From: an uncultured Thermoleophilaceae bacterium
GTDB lineage: Bacteria > Actinomycetota > Thermoleophilia > Solirubrobacterales > Thermoleophilaceae
Length of the DNA stretch: 64,000 nt
NCBI GenBank assembly: GCA_963827065.1
Contig: CAWGZM010000007.1
Location: 182,066 to 246,065 of the forward strand
Direction of reading: 5' to 3'
Made by a program: the position numbers and the translations under genes. Under the pieces are notes generated by a model. That model was not told the origin of the DNA, did no database searches, and saw only the letters and a program-made list of their open reading frames with translations. This document shows positions 17,048 to 24,378 of the stretch, piece after piece. Each line of letters opens with the position of its first letter. The stretch's first letter is position 1.

Positions 17048-17487
17048 TGCAATTCCTCCTCGGGTACGGACAGGCGCGACGTGCGCGAATTCCGATACCT
17101 AAAACGCGCCGCAGCGGTCAGGGTTGCAGAGTTCGCGAAAAGCAGCGGACCACCGAGCCCCAGCGCCACCTCCCTCTCCACGCCCGTGCGCGCGGCATCG
17201 GCTCTGGACCGCGCCACGCTGGTCGTCGAGTGCAACAGCACGCCAGGCGGGGCCGCTGCTGTTGCCTCAAGCGGTGGTGCAGCGTGTCGTCAAGCTGCGG
17301 CTCGTCGGCCGCAACGGACAGAGGCCGGTTTGGAGCTACCGGCCACGTCGTGCCGGCCATGCAGGAGGACGCGGCCGCTACCGTTTCCCGCCTTGTCGGG
17401 CTCGACTGACACCCCGCGTTTGCAATCCGTTTGCACTCCGGCCCGAGAATCGGCCGCAAACCCGCTGCTAGAGCCGGCGAGCGTAAG

Positions 17488-18456
17488 ATGCAGGCACGAT
17501 CGCTAGTAATACCTGGCGTGCCGGGACGAATGATGCTGTCCGCCGCGGCCTGCCTTGCGGCGGCCACGCTCGCGCTCGGCTGCCAGGAGTCCGGGTTCGA
17601 CGAGTCGAAGGAGACCGCGCGGCCCCTCAAGGTCCAGCACATCGACGCCGACCTCGCCGGAACGAAGGTCCCCGGGCAGGCCGAGCGTCCGTTCACGCTG
17701 ACGGCCGATGCGCTCGGTGACTCGCTTGCACTGGGCGTGCGGCCTGTGGGCGCCGCGCTGCCGGGCGGCGAGGTTCCCGCCTACATGCGATCGGAGGCGT
17801 CCGGCATCGAGGTGGTCCCGCCCGTGAGACGCGGCGAGCTGGGCGCCGTAGCGGCCGCCGATCCGGACCTGATCCTCGGCAGCCACGAGCTCCAGGGCCC
17901 GCTCTATCCGTCCCTCAACAAGATCGCTCCGACGGTGATGAGCGACGGCGGCGGCGCGTCGTGGGAGCTGACGGTGCGGCTCCACGGAGAGGCGCTCGGC
18001 CGAACGAACGACGCCGAGCGGCTTCTGATCGACTGGGACCGCCGCGTGGCCGCGCTGCGCTCTCGCCTCGGGGACAACGCGCCGGACACCGAGGTGTCGG
18101 TGGTGCTCGTCGGGCGGAACGGGACCCTGATGGCCGGCGCTGACTCCTTTCCCGGGCGCGTGCTGAGCGACGTCGGGCTCGCACGCCCGCCGTCCCAGGA
18201 CGGGGTGCGCGAGTCCGAGACCGTGTCGCCCGATCAGATTCCCGCGCTCGACGGCCGCGTGGTCCTGCTCTCGGTCGCGCCCGGCGCGCAAGAACGCCTC
18301 TCGGAGCTCGAGTCGAACCCGCTTTGGAAGCGGCTGCGCGCGGTGCGCTCGGGCGCGGTCGAGCGGGTCGACGCGGGCACGTGGTGGTCCGGCGGCGGCA
18401 TCCTGGCCGCGCGGGCCGCACTCGGCGATCTAGAGCGCATCCTCGTCGGCAGCTGA
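17488..18456 (+). CDS. Lipoprotein, periplasmic-binding-protein type 2 (FecB/BtuF-like ABC substrate-binding protein)
   Basis: Lipobox LALGC. DPDLILGS...YPSLNKIAPTV...W...RLHGEALGR..DAERLI, with C-terminal WWSGGGILAARAALGDL, is typical of PF01497-type binding proteins. No permease or ATPase gene is adjacent. Confidence 0.6.
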   Translation: MQARSLVIPGVPGRMMLSAAACLAAATLALGCQESGFDESKETARPLKVQHIDADLAGTKVPGQAERPFTLTADALGDSLALGVRPVGAALPGGEVPAYMRSEASGIEVVPPVRRGELGAVAAADPDLILGSHELQGPLYPSLNKIAPTVMSDGGGASWELTVRLHGEALGRTNDAERLLIDWDRRVAALRSRLGDNAPDTEVSVVLVGRNGTLMAGADSFPGRVLSDVGLARPPSQDGVRESETVSPDQIPALDGRVVLLSVAPGAQERLSELESNPLWKRLRAVRSGAVERVDAGTWWSGGGILAARAALGDLERILVGS

Positions 18457-18503
18457 CCCAGGTCTACTGAACCCCCCTCGATCTGCCGATCAGGAGGGGA
18501 AGG

Positions 18504-19457
18504 ATGACCCTCGAACCCCTCGACGCCCTGTCGCGGCTGGCCGCCCGGCGCTTTGCGAGCTTTGCCGACGCCGCCAACGCCGTGCTCGATCTGCTCGCCG
18601 GAGCCGTGCCCGGCGGCTGTGTCCTGCTCGGCCAGGTGGACTGGGACGCAGGCGAGTGCCGTGTCCTCGACGCCCGCGGCGGCGTGGTGGAGCGCGGCTC
18701 CTCACTGCCCCTGTCCGGCGGCGGCGACGGCTCCGGCCTGATCTGGCCCGAGGCCCTCGCATCGGTCTGCCCCGGCGCGTGGGTCACCGCCCCGCTCGAC
18801 GCCGCCGACGGCAGCGTCGTGGCGCTCCTGATCGCGAGCCCGGGCGCCGAAGTGGCGCCGCCGCGCTACCTCGCCCAGCTGCTGCTCGTGGCGTCGCGCA
18901 TCCTCTCCTACGAGTGGGAGAGCATCTCGACGAGGGCCGAGCTGCACCGGCTCACCGAGGCGGTCCGCGACCGCGAGCACACCGAACCGGTGACGGGGCT
19001 CCCCAACCGCGGAGCCCTGCTCGGAGCGCTCGAGCGCGAGTGGGAGCTGGCCCGGCGCGGCAGCGTCGAGACCTTCGTGGTCGTCGCTCACCTGGATGAG
19101 CGCTCCACAGTCGCCGAGCGGCACGGCCAGGCAGTCGCCGACCTGATCCTGAGGGACGTGGCCGATGTCCTCACCGGAGCGGTCCGGCGCGCCGACCACC
19201 TTGGCCAGATCGCCGACGACGCGCTCGCAATCGCCCTGGTCGGCTGCAAGGGCGAGGAGGGCGCTCGAGCGTTCGTCGCCAGGGTCGCACGGGGGCTCGA
19301 CCGCGTGGCGGCGGCGAGACCCGCCCCGGCCCGGCTGTCATACGGAATTCAAGGGCTGGCTGACACCGGCTCGGCTGCCGAGGCGGTCGAGCTCGCCGAG
19401 GTGTCCGCTCGCGCCGCCAATCCGGTCACGAGCGACTCGATCGAGGAGCTTGCGTGA
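18504..19457 (+). CDS. GAF-like domain + degenerate GGDEF domain protein (active site ADDAL, RxxD I-site retained)
   Basis: TGLPNRGALL...HGQAVADLILRDVADVLTGAVRRADHLGQIADDALAIAL aligns without gaps to GGDEF cores (GHxxGDxxL...RxxDxxxRxGGEEF). The N-terminal half reads as GAF-like (..VTAPLDAADGSVVALLIA..). Confidence 0.7.
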   Translation: MTLEPLDALSRLAARRFASFADAANAVLDLLAGAVPGGCVLLGQVDWDAGECRVLDARGGVVERGSSLPLSGGGDGSGLIWPEALASVCPGAWVTAPLDAADGSVVALLIASPGAEVAPPRYLAQLLLVASRILSYEWESISTRAELHRLTEAVRDREHTEPVTGLPNRGALLGALEREWELARRGSVETFVVVAHLDERSTVAERHGQAVADLILRDVADVLTGAVRRADHLGQIADDALAIALVGCKGEEGARAFVARVARGLDRVAAARPAPARLSYGIQGLADTGSAAEAVELAEVSARAANPVTSDSIEELA

Positions 19458-22400
19458 GCGCGGAGCCCGTTGCAGGCGCCGTGGTCACAGGAGGCCTCTC
19501 CGGCCCAGGCGTCAGCCCGCCGTCGCTGAGCGGCGCCGGGCGCCGCTTTCTGAGCGACATCCTCGTCGAGCTCGGCTTCGTCGACGAGGCCGTGGCCGCC
19601 CAGGCCGTCGACGCGGCGCGCCGGCCCGGCATGACGCCCGAGAAGGTGCTTCTCGAGAAGGGCGCCATCAGCGAGGACCAGCTCGCGCGTGCGCTCGCGG
19701 AGCGCTACGCAATCGCTCACATCGACCTCGACGAGTACGCCGTCGACCCCGCGGCCGCCGGCGTCCTGCGCGAGACCGCCGCCCGCCGCTACCTCTCCGC
19801 CCCAATCGGCTTCACCGACGAGGGCGCCCTGATCGTCGCGATCGCCGACCCGACCGACTCGCTCGGCCTCAGCGACATCGCAGTCATGACGAAGCTGGCC
19901 GTACGGCCGGCCGTCGCCGCCCGGACCCAGATCGCCAGGCTCCTCGACGAGCTCAACTTCATGGACGAGCCCGAGCCCGCGCTCACCCAGGTCGCGGGGA
20001 CGCTCATCGTGCCGCGCGAGGAGGAGAACGGCACGGCGCCGGTCGCACTGGTGGACGAGTCGGCCGGGCGCGCCGAGGAGCTCGAGCGCGAGCTCGCCGC
20101 CCGCCAGAAGGCACACCAGACCGAACTGGCCGAGCTTCGCGACTCGGGCGAGCAGAACGTCGCTGCGGCGCACGTCCAGCGCGAGCGTGCGCTCGCGACC
20201 GCTCAGGCCGAGCTCGAGAAGGCGCTCGCAATCGCCGCCGCCGAGCGCGAGAAGGCGCTCGCCGAGGCCCAGGCAGAGTACGAGCGCACGCTGCGAGCCG
20301 AGCGCGCCGCGCTCGCCAAGGCCGAGCAGCTGGTCGACGCGGAGCGCGCCCGCGCCGCGAAGGCGGTGAAGGAGGCGCGCGAGGCGGAGGCCGCCCAGGC
20401 CGCCAAGCTTCTCGAGAAGACCCTGGAGGACGAGCGGGCGCAGGCGGCGCAGGCCCGGCAGAAGGCCGTCGAGGCGGAGCGCGCGCAGGCTGCCGACGCG
20501 GTGGCCGCCGCCGAGAAGGCGCTCGAGCGCGAGCGCTCCCAGGCCGGCGAGGCCGTCGCCGAGGCGGAGAGGGTGGCCGAGCGGGAACGGGCCAGGACGG
20601 CGGAGGCGCTGGCCGAGGCCGAGCGGACGATGGATTCGAAGCGTGCCCAGGCCGTCGAGAAGGCACTGGCAGCCGAGCGCGCGAAGGTCGGCGAGGCGCT
20701 CGCCGCCGCCGAGAAGGCGCTCGAGCATGAGCGCGCGAAGGCGGCCGAGGAGCAGGCCGCTACGGAGAAGGCTCTCAAGCGTGAGCGCGTCCAGGCAGCG
20801 GAGGCGCTGGCCGGCGCGCAGCGGGCCCTCGCGGCGGAGCGCGCAAAGGCCGTCGAGGCGCTGGCTGCCGCGGAGGAGGCACGTGACGCGGCGGCCGCGA
20901 AGATCGCAGACGCGCTGGCCAACGCCGAGAAGGCACGCGAAGCCGACCGGACGAAGGCCGCCGAGGCCGTCGCCGCCGCCGAGAGGGCACGCGAGGCCGA
21001 CCGGACCAAGGCCGCCGAGGCCGTCGCCGCCGCCGAGAGGGCACGCGAGGCCGACCGCGCGAAGGCCGCCGAGGCCACAGCGGCCGCCGAAAAGGCCCGC
21101 GACGCCGCCGCCACCAAGGCCGCCGCCGCGATCGAGGCCGCCGAGAGGGCACGCGAGGCCGACCGGACCAAGGCCGCGGAGGCCATAGCGGCCGCCGAAA
21201 AGGCCCGCGACGCCGCCGCCACCAAGGCCGCCGCGGCGATCGAGGCCGCCGAGAGGGCACGGGACGCCGACCGCGCGAAGGCCGCCGAGGCCGTCGCTGC
21301 AGCCGAGAAAGCCGCCGACAAGGCACGGGCGAAGGCTGCCGACGCTGTCGCCGCAGCCGAGAACACCGCCGAGCAGGCCCGGGCAAAGGCCGCGGAGGCC
21401 GTCGCCGCGGGCGAGAAGGCACTGGCACGCGAGCGCGCCAAGAGCGCCGAGTCGCTCGCCGCGGAGCGCGCCCAGGCCGCGGAGACGCTTGCCGCCGCCG
21501 AGCAGGCATTGCAGGAGGAGCGCGACAAGGCCGAGGTCGGGGCGGCGGCCGCGGCCGAGGCTCTCGACGCGCTGCGGGCGAAGCTCGAGCAGGACCTCGA
21601 GGCCGAGCGTGCGCGCAGGGCCGAGGAGCTCGACGCCGAGCGCGCCCGCACCGGCAGCGCCATCGACGCCGAGCGCAGCCGTCATCAGAAGGAGCTCGAC
21701 GCGCACCTGGCTCGCTCGGAGGAGGCGGTCGAGGCGGAACGCGCAACCGCAGCTGAGGGGCTCGAGCGCGAGAAGGAGCGCCACGAGGAGCTGCTCGCCG
21801 CGGAGCGCGCCCGCAGCGAGGCGAAGCTGCGTATGCAGGTGGAGCGCCAGGAGAGCGAGCTCGAGGCGATCCATGCCAAGCATGCCGCCGAGCTCGAGGC
21901 CGAGCGCGCGCGGCACGAGCTGCAGGTCGCCGCCGAGCGCACCCAGCACCTCCAGGAGCTCGAGGAGGCGCGTGCAGCCGGCATCGACGCCAGCAAGCTC
22001 GCCGCGATCGAGAAGCAGCATGCCGAGCGGCTCGAGTCCGAGCGGAGGCGCCACAAGGAGGAGGCCGACGCCCTGCGCTCCGAGGTCGACACCCAGCGCG
22101 AGCAGAGCGAGGAGTCATTCGCCGAGGCGGCCGCGCGGCATCGTGAGGAGCTCGAGGAGGAGCGCGCCGCCCACTCCGAGCGGCTCGGCGAGCTGCGCGA
22201 CCAGCTCGCCGCCGAGCAGGCCAGGCGCGAGGAGCTCGAGGCCGGCGCCAGCGGGTCCGAGCAGGATCGCGAGCAGCTCGAGAAGCTCGAGAAGCGGCTC
22301 GGCAAGGTACAGGCGAAGCTCGAGGACGAGCGTGCCGCGAGCGAGGCCGAGATCGACCGCCTGCGCGAGCAGATCGACCTTCTCACCGACGCCGACCGCC

Positions 22401-22675
22401 GTGCCGAGCAGGCCCGCACCGAGTGTGCCCACCTGCGTGACGAGAACGAGCGCCAGGCCGAGATCAACGCCATGACCGAGCGCGACCTGCAGAGCGAGCT
22501 CGCGGCTTCCCGCGATGAGTCCGAGGAGCTGCGCCGCAAGCTCGACGACCTGCAGATCAAGGTGGCCGACGCCACCAAGGCGTTCGAGGCGATGGGCTCA
22601 GCCGAGCGGCGGCTCAGCGAGATCGCCGAGGCGTTCGTTCAGCCAGAGGCCGAGCAGGCCGACGCGGCCGCCTAG
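19454..22675 (+). CDS. T2SSE_N (MshEN)-domain protein fused to about 880 aa of Ala/Glu/Arg-rich coiled coil
   Basis: The GTG start lies in a GTGA overlap with the previous stop. Residues ~30-170 are paralogous to the N-domain of the ATPase at 2001-3731. The remainder is continuous helical low complexity with 18-residue repeats. There is no Walker A motif. Confidence 0.75.
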   Translation: MSAEPVAGAVVTGGLSGPGVSPPSLSGAGRRFLSDILVELGFVDEAVAAQAVDAARRPGMTPEKVLLEKGAISEDQLARALAERYAIAHIDLDEYAVDPAAAGVLRETAARRYLSAPIGFTDEGALIVAIADPTDSLGLSDIAVMTKLAVRPAVAARTQIARLLDELNFMDEPEPALTQVAGTLIVPREEENGTAPVALVDESAGRAEELERELAARQKAHQTELAELRDSGEQNVAAAHVQRERALATAQAELEKALAIAAAEREKALAEAQAEYERTLRAERAALAKAEQLVDAERARAAKAVKEAREAEAAQAAKLLEKTLEDERAQAAQARQKAVEAERAQAADAVAAAEKALERERSQAGEAVAEAERVAERERARTAEALAEAERTMDSKRAQAVEKALAAERAKVGEALAAAEKALEHERAKAAEEQAATEKALKRERVQAAEALAGAQRALAAERAKAVEALAAAEEARDAAAAKIADALANAEKAREADRTKAAEAVAAAERAREADRTKAAEAVAAAERAREADRAKAAEATAAAEKARDAAATKAAAAIEAAERAREADRTKAAEAIAAAEKARDAAATKAAAAIEAAERARDADRAKAAEAVAAAEKAADKARAKAADAVAAAENTAEQARAKAAEAVAAGEKALARERAKSAESLAAERAQAAETLAAAEQALQEERDKAEVGAAAAAEALDALRAKLEQDLEAERARRAEELDAERARTGSAIDAERSRHQKELDAHLARSEEAVEAERATAAEGLEREKERHEELLAAERARSEAKLRMQVERQESELEAIHAKHAAELEAERARHELQVAAERTQHLQELEEARAAGIDASKLAAIEKQHAERLESERRRHKEEADALRSEVDTQREQSEESFAEAAARHREELEEERAAHSERLGELRDQLAAEQARREELEAGASGSEQDREQLEKLEKRLGKVQAKLEDERAASEAEIDRLREQIDLLTDADRRAEQARTECAHLRDENERQAEINAMTERDLQSELAASRDESEELRRKLDDLQIKVADATKAFEAMGSAERRLSEIAEAFVQPEAEQADAAA
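20924..21301 (+). repeat. In-frame tandem repeat, 7 x 54 bp (18 aa), with a 108-bp higher-order unit
   Basis: GCCGAG(A/G)(A/G)GGCACGCGA(A/G)GCCGACCG... recurs at 20924, 20978, 21032, 21140 and 21248. The alternate unit GCCGAAAAGGCCCGCGACGCCGCCGCCACCAAGGCC... recurs at 21086 and 21194, and those two copies differ at one base. The encoded unit is AE(R/K)AREADRTKAAEAVAA. Confidence 0.9.
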
Positions 22676-23991
22676 GCGAGCCGAGCCAAGAGCGCCTCCT
22701 CGCCGGCGAGCGTGGTGCTCGTGGCGGAGGCGATCTCGACCTCCGTCAGCTCTCCCGGCGCGGCGAGGCCGCTGAAGTTCACCGTCTTGTTGTGGCGGAC
22801 CCGCCCGCGCAGCCTCGAGGCGTCGGTCCGCGACGGCCCCTCGGCGAGCACCTCCATCGTGCGCCCGACGAACCGTTGCGCGCGCTCCGTCGCGTGGCGC
22901 TGGACGAGATCCACGAGCCTCCCCATGCGCTCGCTCGCGACCTCGTGCGGGATCTGGCCCGGCAGGAGCGCGGCCTCCGTCTCACGCCGCGGCGAGTAGA
23001 TGAACGTGAACGCCGAGTCGTAGCGGACCTCGTCGACCACCTCCATCGTCTCCTCGAAGTCGGCCTCGGTCTCGCCCGGGAAGCCCACGATGATGTCGGT
23101 CGTGAGCGCGCAATCGGGCACCAGCTCGCGGATCATCGCCACGCGGTCGAGGTAGCGCTCGCGGTTGTAGGTGCGCCGCATCGCCTTGAGGATGCGGCTC
23201 GAGCCCGACTGGAGCGGCAGGTGGATGTGCTCGCAGACGCTCGGCAGCTCCGCGTGCGCCGAGATCACGTCGGCGCGGATGTCCTTCGGATGCGGGCTCG
23301 TGTAGCGAATCCGCTCGATCCCGTCGATCGCGTCGACCCTCGCGAGCAGCTCGGCGAAGCTCGTCTTCGCGCCCTTGGGAAGGTCGCGCCCGTAGGAGCA
23401 GACGTTCTGGCCGAGCAGCGTGACCTCGCGGACGCCGTCGGCCGCCACGCGCTCCACCTCACCCACGATCTCATCCGCCGGCCGCGAGACCTCGCGGCCG
23501 CGCGTCGACGGAACGATGCAATACGAGCAGGCGCAGTTGCAGCCGACCGAGATCTGCACCCAGGCCTGGAACTCGCGGGCGCGCTTCATCGGCAGGTGCC
23601 CGGTGAAGCCCTCGAACTCGAAGAAGCCCTGAGCCGTGATGCTGTCGCTCGTCAGGAACTCGGCGAGCTTGTGCACCTGTCCGGGCCCGAACGCGACGTC
23701 GACGAACGGGAACATCTCGAAGACGCGCTGCTTCATCGACTGCGACCAGCAGCCGCCGATCCCGATCACGCGCTCGGGGTCGCCGGCCTTCAGCCGCTTC
23801 GCCTCGCCGAGGTGGCCTACCAGACGGTTGTCCGCCTTCTCGCGGATCGAGCAGGTGTTGAAGAGGATCAGATCCGCCTGCTCACGCGTCCCGACCTCGC
23901 TGTAGCCGAGCGAATCGAGCATGCCCTTCATGCGCTCCGAGTCGTGCTCGTTCATCTGGCAGCCGAACGTTGTGAGGTGGTACGACTTCAC
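22672..23991 (-). CDS. miaB: tRNA (N6-isopentenyladenosine-37-C2)-methylthiotransferase
   Basis: MKSYHLTTFGCQMNEHDSERM (UPF0004 Cys), radical-SAM CNCACSYCIVP and a C-terminal TRAM domain. Confidence 0.9.
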   Translation of the reverse strand: MKSYHLTTFGCQMNEHDSERMKGMLDSLGYSEVGTREQADLILFNTCSIREKADNRLVGHLGEAKRLKAGDPERVIGIGGCWSQSMKQRVFEMFPFVDVAFGPGQVHKLAEFLTSDSITAQGFFEFEGFTGHLPMKRAREFQAWVQISVGCNCACSYCIVPSTRGREVSRPADEIVGEVERVAADGVREVTLLGQNVCSYGRDLPKGAKTSFAELLARVDAIDGIERIRYTSPHPKDIRADVISAHAELPSVCEHIHLPLQSGSSRILKAMRRTYNRERYLDRVAMIRELVPDCALTTDIIVGFPGETEADFEETMEVVDEVRYDSAFTFIYSPRRETEAALLPGQIPHEVASERMGRLVDLVQRHATERAQRFVGRTMEVLAEGPSRTDASRLRGRVRHNKTVNFSGLAAPGELTEVEIASATSTTLAGEEALLARLA

Positions 23992-24017
23992 GCCCGGCCG
24001 AGGATAGCCTTGGGCCC

Positions 24018-24377
24018 GTGGCGACGGTGGGCGAGCGGCTGACCCGGCTCTGCACGAGCCTGCCGGAGGTCGAGGTGGAGACGAGCGGCGCGCCGCACCT
24101 CGGCTTCGACGTGCGCGGGCGCCGTTTCGCCTGGTACCTCGAGGACCACCACGGCGACGGCCGCCTCGCGCTCAATTGCAAGGGGGCGCCGGGTGAGTCG
24201 GCACGGCTCGCGGAGGAGCACCCCGAGCGCTTCTTCGTGCCGGCCTACCTCGGCTCGCGCGGCTGGGTCGGCCTTTGGCTCGACGACCCGAAGCCAGATT
24301 GGGATGAGGTCGAGCGGCTCGTCGTCGAGGCCTACCGGCTCGTCGCCCCGAAGCGGCTGCAGGCGCAGCTCGCCTAG
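24018..24377 (+). CDS. MmcQ/YjbR family DNA-binding protein
   Basis: GFDVRGRRFAWYLEDHH...LNCKG...FFVPAYLGSRGWVGLWLD...VERLVVEAYRLVAPKRL fits the YjbR-fold family pattern. Confidence 0.6.
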   Translation: MATVGERLTRLCTSLPEVEVETSGAPHLGFDVRGRRFAWYLEDHHGDGRLALNCKGAPGESARLAEEHPERFFVPAYLGSRGWVGLWLDDPKPDWDEVERLVVEAYRLVAPKRLQAQLA

Positions 24378-24378
24378 C

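Noticed and set aside
17048-17487. A possible cobalamin or c-di-GMP (GEMM) riboswitch upstream of the binding-protein gene.
   Set aside because: I could not find a convincing B12 box (GCCACTG context) or the GEMM ACGCAAAGC/GGCAAAC pairing by eye, only vague resemblances (GAAAAGCAGCGG..., CCGCAAACCC). The region is reported only as a long spacer to scan with Infernal.
20924-21301. The tandem 54-bp repeats could be mistaken for a CRISPR array or a minisatellite.
   Set aside because: The units are directly abutting with no unique spacers. They are in frame within a long ORF and encode a coherent 18-aa helical repeat. No cas genes are present.
19165-22118. Very long ORFs on both strands and in other frames across the coiled-coil gene (for example 19349-22054 minus 901 aa, 20203-21663 minus 486 aa, 20775-22118 minus 447 aa, 19165-20730 plus 521 aa).
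   Set aside because: Their translations are monotonous Arg/Pro/Gly/Ala or Ser/Ala strings, as expected when a GC-rich, GCC/GAG-repeat coding sequence is read out of frame or antisense. Only the 19454-22675 frame has a recognisable domain, an NTGA-coupled start and a helical repeat logic.
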